A DNA stretch of 64,000 nt from the human T2T-CHM13v2.0 reference genome, Homo sapiens (GCF_009914755.1 NC_060931.1), one strand, 5' to 3'. Positions 1 through 14,449 are shown, numbered from the stretch's first letter. Notes: generated by a model not told the origin, from the letters alone. Translations and numbers: made by a program.

Positions 1-229
1 CCTGTGTTTTTGAGTTTTCAATTATTACACTTGGGGACCATTTCAAATTTAGTCTTGGTCATACATCTTTGCAATTCAAACTTAAAATGACTACTGTGTG
101 ACTGGCCCCATAACAGATATTGCTGAGTTCTTTGCAATGTTGAACAAGAATCAGCTTGTGCGAGACCTCTATTTTTCCTGAGTCATCTTTACTCAGCAAT
201 TCCCCATTTCATTTTTCTAATTTTGTTTT

Positions 230-2750
230 AACATTTTCATATAGTAAAAATAACTTTAAAAAATCTTGGTATGCATTTCTGTGAATTTTAAAACATGTAA
301 CCATGTAACCATGCATTATCAGGATGCAAAACTGTTAGCCCAAAGAAACTTCCCCATCGTACCCCTTTATACTTGCACCCCATTTTCCACCCTCCCACCA
401 ACACAAATCTATGGCAAAGGTGGATTTGTTCTTTGTCTTTATATTTTCCATTTCAGGAATATTATATAATAATATGGCATGTAATATTTGAGATTGGCTT
501 TTATCATTTAGCACATGCTTTTGAAATGTATCAGGCTGTTGTATTAATATTTCATTTCTTTCCATTTCTGAGTAATATCCCATTGTATGGTTGTACTAGT
601 GTTTATCTCTTTACCTGCTGAAGGACATTTGAGTTCTTCCCAGTTTTGAACTATTACAAGTAAAGCTTCTTTGAAAAATTTTTTTTGAGATATTTGTCTG
701 AAGATTTATCTAGGATAAATATCTAAGAGATACATCACTGGGCCATATAATAAGAACTAACTTATGAAAGAATTCCAAATCATTTTCCAGAGTGTCTATA
801 ACATTTTATGTTCCTATCAGCAACAGATGAGCAATCCAGTTGCTCTGCATCCTCCCCAGTGCTTGATATTGTTCATATTTTTAAATTGCAGCCATTCTAA
901 TAGATGAGTAGTGATATCTTATTATGGTTTTAATTTGTGTTTTCCTAATGACTAATGATGTTAAATATCTTTTTATCTGATTTACTCATCTTGTATTTTC
1001 TTAGGTGAAGTTTTTGTTCAAGACTTTGCACAGTGATTAATTTGGCTTTTTATTATTGCATTTTGAACATTCTTTATATATACTGGAGAGAAGTTCTTGT
1101 CAAATATCTTCTCCCAGTGTAAAGTTTGTTATCTCTTTACAGAATATTTTAAAGAGAAAAAGTTTTAAGTTTGCTAAAGTCCAATTAATTCATATTTTTG
1201 ACATTTTTACTTTTATGTTATCGTGTCTCAGAACTCCTCATATAATCCCGTCATGAAGGTTTTCTCTTACATTTTCCTGTAAATGTTTTATAGTTTTCTG
1301 TTTTATATTTAGAGCAATCATTCATTTTGAGTTAATTCTAATAAAAGTAGCAGGTTTGGTTTGAGATTAATTTTTCTTAACTTATAGCTGATCGGTTGAT
1401 CCAACACTATTGATTGAAAAGATGAGCCTTTATTTTTTGAATTTCTTTTATGTGTTGATCAAAAACCAAATGACCATATGTGTGTGGGTTTATTTCTGAA
1501 CTCTATATTCTGTTACTTTGATCTACATATATATCCTTTCACCAATATCACACAATATTAGTATAGCTTTAGAGTGATTCTTAGAATTTGGTAGTATTAC
1601 TCATTTAAACAAAATTTATTTTTGTCAAAATGTGTTAGCTACTTTAGTTCTTTTATTTTTCAGATTTATCTAACTGTACCTGTGTAGTTCCTGTACTCAA
1701 ATAGATTTTAGAACCAATTGTCTACATGCACAGAAAATATGCTCAAAGTTTGATTGGTATTGGATGAAGTCTATAAATCAATTTATGAATAAGATTTGGA
1801 ATATAGACTTATGGATAAGTCACATGATTCATATTTTGTGTTTCAATTAATGAACATGGAATGCTTCTCATTTTATTTAGAGCTCTTTAAAATTTTCTTT
1901 CATCAGTGTTTTATAGTTTTCAGCATAGGTATCCTGTACATGTTTTGTTAGATTTGTATCTAAGAATTTATTTGATATCAAAACTATTTTAAGTGGTATA
2001 TTTATTGCAATTTCCAATTTTACAGTTCTGGTATATTTGTATAGCCACTACTTCTTTTTATTTGTGTAACATAAAATAGCTTTTCTACATTATTTTATTC
2101 TTTCAACCTCTCCATTTAATTTTACTTCGAATGAGTTTCTTGAAAAACTCACATAATTGGGTCATATTTTTAATTTATTCCTAAAATATCTATCTTTTAA
2201 TTGGTGTGATGAAACCAGTTACATTTATTATCACTGATAATGCTTGAATTTGGGTACACATTTTCTTTGTTTTCTATTTGTTGTCTCTGTTTCTAGTCCA
2301 CCTATCCTTTCATCTTTCTTTTGGGTTATTTGTACATGATTTATTATCTCATTTTAATTTAGCTATAGTAATTTTGACTATATTTAATTGAATGTTTTTA
2401 GTGTTTTCTCAAGGAATTACAAAATATATATATTATTGTACTCAGTCTATTTAGAATCATGATTTTAGCACCTCAATTTGAATGTAGAAATCTTACCACC
2501 ATATAAATCATCTTTAAATCTTATGCTATAGTTGTCATATATTACATGTGCATACATTAAAATAATTTCAGAAATTTTATAATTGTTTCCCTCAACTTTT
2601 AAACATATTTTAAAGAACTCAAGAGAATAAAACTATTATATTATATTTATCTATATTTTTACCAATTGATACTACAGGTTTCTTTCTGGTATTATTTATC
2701 TGCTGTCCAAACAACTTTCTTTAACAATTATTTTAGAGCAGGCCTACTGT
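230..2750 (-). mobile_element. Old L1M (L1MB/L1MC-type) fragments: 3' UTR and ORF2
   Basis: Antisense L1 ORF2/3' motifs (gcagccattctaatagatgagtagtgatatc, tgtgtgtgggtttatttctgaactctat, aatgaacatggaatgcttctcatttt); T-rich; no intact ORF; boundaries approximate. Confidence 0.7.
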
Positions 2751-3679
2751 CTATTCCTTTGGAAACAGATCATAAACTGGGAATTTGAATACTTAAAAGA
2801 GAAAAGAAAATCCCTGTAGATTACTTATGTATGAAAAATCACCTAAAATGTGTTTGGCACATAGTTGTTGCTCCAAAGCTCAGTATGAATAGGGGATAGC
2901 ATTTTTAAATTGATTGAACCTATGCTACTTCATTTACATTCCAAAATATAGACACAATTAATGATGATTTCATGAGGAAAAATAATAACAAATAAATCAA
3001 GAGCAAAAACCAAATACATCTATAGCATAGTTTTGCATAGCATTCTTAGTTTTTTAAAAACGATAACTCCCTGGATATTTTTTCTTCCAATAAAATCCCA
3101 AAGTAAAAGTTGCTAAATATTTTTAAATTGGATTTCTCAATATTGATGCTATCTGTATCACAGTAAATGTATCAAAGAGTTGGAGGCCACATTGAAATTT
3201 GCAAATTATTTCCTGTTATGTAGATATTTTTAGTTTGCATAACTTATTCCAATTTTCTCATTCCTAGGTTGGGGTCATACTAAAACTGTAGAAAGCAGAC
3301 TCCTCAGAGTTAATGTTGAAATGAAAGATTGAACTAGAGCTCTTTTGCCCTGCTGGGAAGGCTCCTCAGGTGAATGTTGTTTCCCAGGGGTCCTAAAGAA
3401 AGAACTAATCAACTGCATGTTTCCTAAGGGGTAAAAGCAGCCAGGGGCAAAATTTTAGGAGACAGATCATTAAAGTGCCATGTTGTGAATTCCACTTTTA
3501 TATCTGATAAGCTGCTTGATTAGGTAGCCAAGGTAGATATTGTATAAACATCTTTTAAAATATCTTTTACAGAACAGTTATCAGTTTCTTGTCTCAGAGG
3601 TTTATCCTGAATAACACATACTTCAAACTTAAGAAACCAAATTACTATATTAAATTAGTTCTTTATTACTAAAAATACC

Positions 3680-3858
3680 TTGAATAAAGTTACTTACCAT
3701 GATAAGCATATGTTTTCTCGTTCACTGAATTAGGAAATGATAGTAATGCTTTTCTCAGAGGGTTGTCATGATGATTAAATGAGGGAAAATATATAAAATC
3801 TTAGAATGGTGCCTGACACATACCAAGCCCTCCAACTAATGTTTATTATTATTATTTT
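3680..3858 (+). mobile_element. MIR SINE
   Basis: MIR core: ctcagagggttgtcatgatgattaaatgag...cttagaatggtgcctgacacata...tattattatt. Confidence 0.75.
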
Positions 3859-4419
3859 GTTGCTATATATGATATTTTCAATAGTTTTGAGGTATATAGG
3901 AGGTAGTATTGTAGTTTTACATTTTGTTAGAAATACTGGCTCACAGTAACAGACTAAAACACACTGCAATTTCTTTGTGATTAGATCAGAAAGTAAATAT
4001 CAATATTAGATAAAGACTCCAAAAATGTTCCATTTAATAGTTTATCAGTCAGGCTGTGTGTCATATAGTTACATGTACATACAAAAAAATCATAGAATGA
4101 CCTATATAGTTTTTACTGAATTTAAATATTATGTAGACAAACAGTTAAACTACACTTAGTAATTAGCAATTATATGTCAGCTTACCCTTCTAAAAACCTC
4201 TTTATTAGTGATTAAGTTGATCACATTCTCGGAGCCAAAACTAGCCCTCAGGATAATAGGATATTCTAGAACAAGAAGATAATATCATCTATGTTTTTTA
4301 GGGTTAAATAATGAACTCCTCCACTCATAGAGTCACATGGAACTTCAGGTATTTTGTAAACACATTCACTTCAAGGTGTTAATAGTTCGTTATCTCCAAG
4401 TATATTTTCTTCCCCATCA

Positions 4420-5340
4420 GATGATATTGAAGCATAATTTCCTTAGAATAAAATGCATGGACTTCATATTTATACTTCAATGAGTTTTGACAAATGTATA
4501 AAACTATGTAACCTCTTCAAGATATCAAATATTTCCATTATCCCAAAAGACCCCTCCTATCTTTTTTTTTTGTTTGTTTTGGTCACTCTCCCCTACTCCC
4601 TATCTCAAGCACATACTGATCTGCTTTCACTCACTATTTATTAGTTTTATGGGTTCTAAAATTCTATGTAAGTAGAATAATACTGTGTCTGATTTCTTTT
4701 ACCCAAAACATTATTTTGAGATTCATCCGTGCTATTATGTGCATTAGTATTCTTTTTGTTTTGTTTGTTTTGATGTAGTTTGGTTTGATTCTATTGTATC
4801 TTTTGGTATGAATTGACTAGGTTTAGTTTACCTATTCATATTTTGAATCTGAATTGTTTTTGTTTGGGACTCCTATGAATAAGATTGGTATGGATACTCA
4901 TTTACAAGTCTTTGTGTATACCTACTTTTCATTACCTTGGACAAATATGAAGAAGTGGAATAGCTAGGTCACGTAGTAAGTGTATGATCACATTTGTAGA
5001 AAATGAGCTCCCAAAGTAGTTGCAACAATTTGCCTTCTTACTAACACTATAGAGAATATTTTCTCCTGGCTATGGCTTTCCTTTTTATGTTTTGTTGTGT
5101 TTTTCATATATTTTTATTAACATTATTTATAGTTGACAAATCACAATTGTATACATTTATTGGATACAATGTGATGTTTTGATTTATGTATACAAAGTGA
5201 AATGATTAAATGAAATTAATTAACATGTTGATCATCTCACTAATCTATCTTGGTATATTTTGAAGAGCCAAAAATTTTAAACTTGAAATTATCCAATTTA
5301 TTGATTTGTCTTTCTTTCTTTTGTACTTTTTGTCTACCTG
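4420..5340 (-). mobile_element. Old L1M 3' fragments (L1ME-like, plus an L1MA-type tail at ~5110-5290)
   Basis: tcaatgagttttgacaaatgtata, ttttgagattcatcc, gaagtggaatagctaggtc, aattgtatacatttattggatacaatgtgatgttttg. Confidence 0.6.
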
Positions 5341-5670
5341 AAGGTTGTGAAAATATACCTTTACTAAGTGCCTGTGGGAGTGTCTGGCAACTTCTTGTCA
5401 TTCTCTTTAGAACATGCAGATAACTTGTGACCCCTGCCCTAAGCTTTTGTTCTTGGCAGAAATTCTGTGATGGCATAAAAATTCCCACTCAGCATTTTAC
5501 CACCTAGTTTATAAGATAAAGTTGCCAAGGAGACTGAAAACTATTTCTCTACATTTGCCTCTTATTATTTTTATTCACAGAAAGTTGTATCCTCTTCTAT
5601 AATACTATGCTCTTCTACATTAAGTGATGGTTTGCTTAATATTTTTTATTATACTATGACAACATGTACT

Positions 5671-5974
5671 TTCTTTTATTTTATGAAACAGGGTCTCACT
5701 CTGTAGCCCGGGCTGGAGTGCAATGACGCAATATCGGTATCTTAGCTTACTGCAACGTCCGCCTTCTGGGCTCAAGTGAACCTCTCACGTCAGCTTCCCC
5801 AGTAGCTGGGACTACAGGTGTGCACAATCATGCCTGGCGAATTTTGAAATTTTTTATAGAGACACGGTCTCCCTATATTCCCCAGGCTGGTCTCAAACTC
5901 CTGAGCTAAAGTGATCCTTCTGCCTCTGCCTCGTGAAATGCTGGGATTATAGGTGTGAGCCACCCCACCTGGCC
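5671..5974 (-). mobile_element. AluJ
   Basis: Antisense Alu with J-type diagnostics (acagggtctc, gggctcaagtga), ends cctggcc; possible TSD tgtactttc/tgtattttc. Confidence 0.92.
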
Positions 5975-6394
5975 TGTATTTTCAATATTAGCAACAACAA
6001 AGTTTCAATATTAGTACAAACAAAATTTTAATGTTGATAAAAAGTTTATCACGAAATGTCTGAAAGGTTCATTTTCATGACTGAGACTAAACGTACTGTT
6101 TGGAATTAACTGGACATGCTCTATTGACTGGACCTTAGGAACCTCCGGAAGGAATAGTTAAAAGAATACAAGTCTAGTCTGATGGACCACATACTAGTTT
6201 CGTATCTCCAACCCATTATGTGATCTGTCAGTTTTATCCTATGTAAAGTGACCTTTGGTGTTGCTTTCAGTTTTCAGTACTATGATTTTGAGTTTATCGA
6301 GGTTAATTTTGCTTTTGTAAATAAATAAATATTCCCAATGCATTTGAAAATTAAACAATCTTGTCTCTCAGTAGTATAAGCTTCACCATCAGTC

Positions 6395-6520
6395 TATCCT
6401 GGACTGTGAGGTCTTTTTTAAGACAAATTCTCATGGATCTTTTCATAAATAGGACCAGCACAGTGTCTGGGAGCATAATGGTACAAAATGCCTGTTTATT
6501 AAACAGTGAATAAATAAATA
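6395..6520 (+). mobile_element. L2 3' end
   Basis: ctggactgtgagg...ccagcacagtgtctgg...tgaataaataaata. Confidence 0.5.
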
Positions 6521-8074
6521 CATTTTATTTCCAATGAAACCCTGAGATTTTCACGTTGTTTGCTCTAAGGCATTATATTAGTAATTTCCTCTACTATAAG
6601 TGAACAGATTTATAAATGTATCATTGATATCTTCTTGCCAATGGTTTAATAATCTATAAAGAATACCAAGTCCATTTCCTACTGAGTTCACATATGTGAT
6701 ATGTAGAACAGTGTATTTGGTTTTTATGCTAATATGCCCTAGTAGCAAAGAGTGTGGTGGTAATATATGTGTGTTAACGATCATATATGAATAAGTGCTT
6801 ATTTTAATTCTATGCCCCTAGAATTATTTTTTGTAATTTTGGCCTTTTTCATTGAGCTTGTAAGCATTTTAGAAATCTTCTGTTAAATGAAAATGGATTG
6901 TGACATTTGCTTTTTTTCTCCTTTGAGTGATTCTAAACTGCTGCAATTTACTATTCCTTTGTTAGATTGTGTAGCCTCTGTCATTTCCTTCTGGTTCGTA
7001 AAAGTTTATTTCTAGATATTATGCTCCAGTGGAGAAATAGATATACGGTGTTTCCAGAAAGAAGTCCTCTGTGACCTACACAATTCAGTAAAAAAATCTA
7101 TTTCAGGATTTATAACAACTTTGTATAGAAGAATCCATAACTTTAACTTGATTCTAATAATAAACACTTAGTTTTGATGAGGAAAATTCCATTTATTGCA
7201 TTTTCCAAAAGAATAACATTAGATAAGCTATTTACTCCAAGGTATATAATGGAGTCATTCTAAGCATTAGAGTCAAAACACATTCATTGATCTTGAAAGT
7301 TGGCCCAAGGCACCTCCTTGAAACTACCATAAATCCCATTTGTGTTTATTTTTATAGTTCATCTTGGCAGAATTTTTCTAAAAGTCAAAATAAAATGTGA
7401 TTGGCATTCAATCTGGTTATCATCTTTTGAGCTTGAGGCTAAACTGCTTTTAACCTTGGGAGGGGAACTCAAACCCTTGACATGTCTCAGTTTATGAAGA
7501 GTCCAGCATTTCCAGAACTCCAACAAGGTCATCTCTTCAAAGCTTCCACTGGCAACTATTAAACACTGAAGTTATTAAAAGATCTTACTGTATATACTGT
7601 GTCTTTTTTGTCCAGCATTTTATTATATTAGAAACTTCCATTGTAATTTCATATTACATCATTACAAGAAGGGCTTCTTTGTGTACATTAACCCCATATT
7701 CAATAAAAAAATTCTTAAATGGCTCCATATTCCCTGCTCCAGCCTGAGACATGATTCATTATAGCATCTTTAAACAGGCCTCTAATATCAGGCACACATG
7801 GCTTATTGATTTAAAGATGGTCTCTGCAGGAAGAACTATATTTTCATGCATAAAAATATAGCACCTGGGAATTCTGTGGTGTTTTAGGTTAATATTCCTT
7901 CCCAAGATAAAATATAGGCTGTCACCAAAATGATTATTTTAAAAATTAAGGGACAAATGCTATACAAATTTTGGAAAAGATTGCAATAAGTGGAAACTTG
8001 CCTTAATAGAAGCATAAAATATTATAAAGAAAAAAATGTGTTGTTGAATATGTGTAGGACTGAATGAACAATCT

Positions 8075-8563
8075 AATGAGAGAGTTCTGAAAACAGTATG
8101 GAGTTTCCTCTAAAAATTTAAAAAATAAATAAATAAAATAATTAAAAAAGGAACATATGATCAATCTCATTTCTTGGCATATATCCAAAGAAAATAAAAT
8201 TCATATCTCAAAGAGATATCTGTACCACCTGTTTATTTCAGCATTATTCACATTAGCAAAGATGTCTGAACAATCTAAGTGTCCATCAACAAATAAAAAT
8301 TGGAGATAAATCTAGACCTAGGTATTTATAAATATAGATATATATACAATGGAATTTTATTCAGTCATAGACAAGAAATAAAATCCTGCTATTTGTGACA
8401 ACATGGATGAACCTGGAGGACATTAGATTAATAGAAATAACCCAGACAGAGAAAGGGAAACTGTATAATCTCACATACATGTGGAATCTAAGAAGAGTTC
8501 AACTCACGGAAACAGAGTAGAATGGTGGCTCCCAAGGGTTTGGGGGTAAGATTGGGAGCCAGA
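8075..8563 (+). mobile_element. L1MA/L1MB 3' fragment
   Basis: aaaacagtatggagtttcctc, ctaagtgtccatcaac, gtgacaacatggatgaacctggaggacatt. Confidence 0.8.
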
Positions 8564-9062
8564 TGTGACAGGTAATGAGTTTCAGGAGACAATTCTCCAT
8601 AGCATTTCTGTGTCAGCTTTCTGGACTATCTTGTCAAGGATGTTTGTATAACAAGCAGCTTTGGAAAATGGAGAGATGATTTCCCTTCAGGGAAGAGGGC
8701 AGGTATGATTCCTGACCATAATAATAAAGATAACGTCGTCCTCAAAGACAAAGATCAGGTGGGTTTGCTAGTAGCTCCTTTAATAACACTAGGATTTTCT
8801 AAGTTTGGAGTTTCTCGGCTGTGATACAAACTCACTGTGTGTGCGGTTTTCAACTGGACCACTCCATGTGGCCCCTGTTGTGTTGGGAAGGCAAGGGCCA
8901 AAAATGTGAACACGAAGCTCATGCTGCTTCCCTTGATATAAGAAACACAGTTCTTCCCTCTAACTCAGGAGTCTAATGTCTCCTGTTGACATGAAGGTTT
9001 GCATGAAACATGACTTCAGTTACGTTGAAAGTATGGTAAATTTCAGACCCTTCAGAGGTCTT
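8564..9062 (+). mobile_element. Solo LTR, probably ERVL class (LTR47/LTR53-like)
   Basis: Starts TGT; gagacaattctccat, ctggactatcttgtcaaggatgtttgtata, gaagctcatgctgct, ggtaaatttcagacccttca match a recalled LTR consensus; exact family uncertain. Confidence 0.65.
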
Positions 9063-9319
9063 TAAAAGGAAGACAAAGTCCAAGAGAACACTGTAATAAT
9101 CATCACTCATGACAAGAAGGTTTTTTTTTTTTTAATTTGTCTATGTGTGGGAAGCAGATTTATAGTGAAGCCGTTAACTGGGCTACAGAGCGCAGAAATA
9201 AGAACTGATTGCAGGGAAATGTAAAGCTAAATTGGGGCTTGTGAAATTTAGAATGTCAGGAAAATAATTAAGAAACTCTAGATGCTGGGCATTTTTGAGT
9301 GTGTAAGAATTGTCTGAAA

Positions 9320-10202
9320 TATCGTCTCACCACAGATAAAATGCCTTATACCCAAAGACAGACAATAACAAATGCTGGCAAAGATATGGGGAAAAGAGAT
9401 CCTTCATACTCTGTTGGTGGGAAAGTAAATTAGTACAACCACTATGGAGAATGGTTTGGAGGTTCCTCAAAAAACAAAAAAATATGCTCATAAATGATCC
9501 AGCAATCCCGTTGCTGGGTTTATACCTCAAATAATGGAAATCAACATAGAGAAGATATGCCTGCACTCCTGTGTCTGTTGCATCACTGTTCATATTGGCC
9601 AAGATTTGGAAGCAACCTAAGTGTCCATCAACAGATGAATGGATCAAGAAAATTGTGCTATTTGTACACTATGAAGTACTATTCAGGCATTAAAAAAAAT
9701 AAGATTTGGTCATTTGCAACAAGGTGGATGGAAATGGAGGTCATTATGTTAAGTAAAATAAACCAGACACAGAAAGATAAACATTGCATGTTCTCATTTA
9801 TTTGTGCATCTAAACATCAAAACAATTGAGCTCATAGAGATAGAGAATTGAAGGATGGTCACCAGAGACTAGGAAGGGTAGTGGGGTGAGGGCAGAGGTG
9901 AAGTGGGGAAGGTTAATGGGTACAAGAAATAGTTAGAAGAATGAATAAGACCTGGTATTTAATAGCACAACAGGGTAACTATAGTCAAATATAATTTAAT
10001 TATACATTTACAAATAACTAAAAAGGTATAATTGGATTGTTTGTAACACAAAGGATAAAGCTTGAAGGGGATGAACTGCATACTTTTTCATGATGTGATT
10101 ATTATGTATTGCATACCTGTACCAAAATATCTTATTTACTCCCAAATTATATAAACCTACTATCTATCCATAAAAATTAAAAATTAAAACAATATTTAAA
10201 AA
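9320..10202 (+). mobile_element. L1MA2/L1MA3-like 5'-truncated LINE-1
   Basis: ORF2 C-terminal remnant (track ORF 9494-9829 ...WSFATRWMEMEVIMLSKINQTQKDKHCMFSFI), L1MA-type 3' UTR and A-rich tail. Confidence 0.88.
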
Positions 10203-10439
10203 GAATCCTCTATATAGAGGTAGTGTGTTAATTCATGAAAGTAAATGCAATCCTAAAATCGCTTTATGAGAATGTACTCCTTCCTCTAGAGTAAACTTAG
10301 CTTAGTTTCTATAATAAGTATCTGCAACCACGTTGCCCTTTTAAGGGTATAACTTCACTATTTAATATTTTCATAATTCATTTTTATTATAAAATTAAGG
10401 TTTTTGTTAATAACCAGTTTATAGCTACTTTTCAACACT

Positions 10440-11012
10440 TCTCAATTTTACCTTCTTTTCATCTCTCAAATATATCTCTTTCTATTGATTTGCACTGCTC
10501 TACCATCGAATTAGTCCATAACTGCTTCTCATTCCAACAAACCTCTAATTATCCCCTTGTGTTTGATCTCTACTCCTGTCTCCTCTCTCAAATCAGGATC
10601 AACTTCATTATTTTAGAAGACTAATGATTTAAAATACAGTTTTGACCATTTTATCCTTGTTTGCACAACCTTTTGAATTTTTCTTATTACCTACTGCATA
10701 AAACCTAACTTACATGTGTAATCAAGGGTCTCAAAAATGTCCTCTTCTATAGTTTTCTTTCAGATTTTTGACTTGATTTATTGCATGTGGTTTGTCTCTG
10801 AGATTTATGTGAGAATTTTTCTTATGCATTTCACTTTATAACACGGATCTTTATTCTTATTTATTTTTTATTATTTATTGAGATCTCCATTTATTCTGTC
10901 ATGTTACAGGCTCCTAAAAGTTAAATAACTTTATTAAACTTTATATATATCAAGTTCCTATTATTGTGTCTTACACCTGTTAGGCACATAGCAAAATTTA
11001 CATGCTGGATAA
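10440..11012 (+). mobile_element. L2 fragment
   Basis: Pyrimidine-rich L2-like text; end cctattattgtgtcttacacctgttaggcacatag. Confidence 0.5.
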
Positions 11013-11744
11013 ACACATCCAGTTATACATTAACGACTATATGTAGACATTAAAAGACACCCAATTGCCCTTATTAATTTAATAGTTCAATCTTATTGTT
11101 TACTATTTATGTCTCAATTAATATACAACAATCTACAATACATATTTATGTATTTATATTTTGGCATTACAACCCCATTGATTTTCAATATACTCTGACC
11201 CTAATGGGCTAACACGATTGCCTAAGTCAATATTTTGTTGCTTAAACCAAAAATAAGAAAAATGGAGAAATATGTCAAGTTTATTTTAAATTAAATTAAG
11301 GAGAAAAGACAGAACTATCGCAATAGTTTATATTTTAATTAGATGGGAAAAAGCCATAATGAAGAAATTAAGATACATGATTTAAATATGTGGAAATCTA
11401 GATAATCCATAAAGATTTCCAAGAGTACTTCTGCTTACTGTGTCCAGGGGCTGCCACACAATTTAATTTGCAGAGGCAAATTGATGAGACTGTCCAAACA
11501 GTATATGACATGCTGTGTTGCTTCACCACACTTTTTTCAAAGCAATTCACAAGGTTGTGTCTCTAACTATGCCTTTAAGCCTCAAATTGATTACATAAAT
11601 CTTGGAGGAAGCTTGAGTAGACATTGAGTACAATGGATAAATCATGAAAATTTTCTGACATATAAAATAAACATTCAGCAGTTTTGAAAGACATTAGAGA
11701 CTTAATTACAAGTTAGAAGTGTCTGATTATACAATAACTATTAT

Positions 11745-12450
11745 TAATGGAACCATTACTGGGTTTCGGGGTTTTTAAATAAATATTCTATAATTGTCAA
11801 AAAAAATGCAAAGAAATAGTTACTGGTCTCATTTTACAAATATAGAAACTGTGGCTCAAAATCCATTTGCAGCAACATGGATAAAACTGAAGGATATTAT
11901 GTTAAGTGAAATAAGCCAGACACAGACAAGTATTACATGTCCATACTCATATGTGGAGGCTAAAAACATTGCTCTCATGAAAGGGGATAGTAGACTGATG
12001 GTTACCAGAAGCTGGGAAGGGTGAGGGGGGTGGGTGGATGAAGAGAGACTGGTTAACGGGTGCAAAAATAAGATTAGAAGGAATAAGCTGTAGTGTTTGA
12101 TACTGTATAATATACAATAAATTATATTTACGGATACCACAGTAGCGTGACAATAATTAACAGTATTGCACATTTCAAAATTGCTAGAAGATTAGGAATG
12201 TTACTAACAAAGAAATAGTAAATGTTTGAAGTAATGAATATTGTAATTACCCTGATTTAATCATTACACATTATACACATGTATCAAAATATTATATTAT
12301 ATATACAAATTATATGTTGTATATCAAAATATATTATTACATGTGCCCCCCAAAAATGTATGATTATTATGTATCAATACAAAAAGGCTAGGTAATTTAT
12401 CAAAGATCACATTGTTAGGAAGTATTCAGATCAAGCTTTGAACTGCTATC
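11745..12450 (-). mobile_element. MIR split by an L1MA insertion
   Basis: ctcattttacaaatatagaaactgtggctca (to ~11858) continues as ggctaggtaatttatcaaagatcac...tttgaac (from ~12386). Confidence 0.65.
11860..12385 (+). mobile_element. L1MA 3' end nested in MIR
   Basis: catttgcagcaacatggataaaactgaaggatattatgttaagtgaaataagccag...taattaccctgatttaatcattacac...A tail. Confidence 0.85.
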
Positions 12451-13670
12451 TCCTAGGCTTTATTCGTTTTGACTTTAAGCTTGAACAGAAATGGTGAAAA
12501 GGTATTTCACATTCATGAAATCACAAATGGGAGCAGGAGTCTTGTCAAGAGGTAAACCTGAAAGCTTCATAATTTTATTTAGTTAGGGGCTGGTGTACAT
12601 TTCAAGCCAGGACATGCTCCTTAGAAAAGTGTAAGTTTTGATAGAATAGGAGAAAAAAATGTAAATACAATAGATAAAGAGTAAGGTGATTTGTGGTAGA
12701 ACTAATTTACAATAAGATATAAATGACTGATAGAATAAAATTAAGTCTAATTAAAATACTACAGGAAAATTTGCCTGTTAAAATTATTTACCTTAATAAT
12801 CTAAATCAATGCTATGAAATATTGAATTTACAGATTGATCATTTTTCTCTCATTTTTTTCTTAGAAATAATCTTTTAAAATCAGTTATCTATTTCTTTTT
12901 GATAATGCCACCTCTGTAGTACATATTTAATATTCCACATGTAATTACCTATTTGACTTCTAAATTTAATATACTTTATGACACAAACTTTGAACAATCT
13001 TCAACTGATTTTTAATCATTCCAGTAAAATGATTTAAAACAAAGAGCTATTTAAAACAGTAAAACTGAATTTATTTTTAAATTAATTTAATGATTAAAAT
13101 ATTTGTAGCCAATGATTGTGTCCCTGTGCTGTCACTCTTCAAACCATAGTAAATTTTTATGGTAGTATCTTTTCTCTCAAAAGATCTTTAAAACACTCTT
13201 GTGGATTCAGAATCTTTCTATCGAACATGAGGAATACATTTTCTAAAGGAGGTGGATAATTACTACTCATCATGTCTGATGAGGAAAGTTCTTAGTGTAT
13301 TGGATGTATCATTTGGCTTGTCTAAAGCAGTGATTGTATCTATAAATATTGCTGAGATATCTGGCTTATTCATGTCCAAGAGCACTTTTAATTAGCACAT
13401 TGACTTTTTAAAAGGTATTTCACATTCATGAAATCACATTTAATCTCATTTCTGGTGGCTAAGTTCTTGTCTTCTTACCTTTCTCTCTTGTTGGTCAGCA
13501 TGCAATCTTGACCTTCAAAGAAGGCGGTAAGAATAATGTTGAAGTTCGCTGATAGTTTACACCAGGCAAGAACCCTTTTTTAAACTTCATTCCTGTCTCA
13601 CTTAGAACTAAATCTGCTACATACCAGTCATTTCAAATAGGCCTTTAAGAGGTTTTATCCAAGTATCAAG

Positions 13671-13937
13671 TTTATTTATTTATTTATTATTTTATTTTAT
13701 TTTAATTTTTATTTTATTTTATTTTATTTTATTTTATCTTATTTTATTATTATTATACTTTAAGTTTTAGGGTACATGTGCACAATGTGCAGGTTAGTTA
13801 CATATGTATACATGTGCCATGCTGGTGTGCTGCACCCATTAACTCGTCATTTAGCATTAGGTATATCTCCTAAAGCTATCCCTCCCCACTCCCCTAACCC
13901 CACAACAGTCCCCAGAGTGTGATGTTCCTCCTGTGTC
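13671..13937 (-). mobile_element. Short 5'-truncated L1PA3-like 3' end with (TTTA/TTTTA)n tail
   Basis: ttatactttaagttttagggtacatgtgcac...cccattaactcgtcatttagcattaggtatatctcct, near-identical to young L1PA 3' UTR. Confidence 0.92.
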
Positions 13938-14179
13938 AATATAGGCTTTTAGTACTCCTGTGATTTGATCACATGTCGTAATCTCATTTCTCTCATGGGA
14001 AAAACAACTTGACTGCACTCTTACCATTCACATGTCCTTAAAAGCAATACTGAATTATCTTTTAAAACAATAGTAATAGGTATTGAATATAGCAGGCGGT
14101 ACACTGGTGAGTACCTCATGTCGAGGGGATTGGGACCAAAGTGAAATATATGAAAAGGTTTCTGCATTAAAATTGAGAT

Positions 14180-14430
14180 TTTTCATTTTTGAAACACACA
14201 TTTGTTAAACACCTTCTTTGATGGAGAGAGTATTGTATTTGAAAATAGAAAAATGAGAAAAAGTCTCTGTCTTCATGTGGTTTCTAGCAGTAAAGAAAGC
14301 ATGCGTACATGTAAGTAATCCACAAGATGATGTGATTATTTCCAGAAATCAGATATATAAGGCAGGCCATGAGAGTTCATGGAGGAAAAGAAGGGTCTTT
14401 TTGCTGATATATCCAAGAAAGACTTTGCAG
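14180..14430 (-). mobile_element. L2 fragment
   Basis: acacatttgttaaacacc...aaagtctctgtcttcatgtggtttctag. Confidence 0.45.
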
Positions 14431-14449
14431 TTACATTAAACGTAAATGT

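Noticed and set aside
13630-13955. Possible TSD or 3' transduction around the short L1PA3 (aaataggccttt vs aatataggctttt)
   Set aside because: Imperfect match, separated from the tail by ~25 bp with no second poly(T); not convincing.
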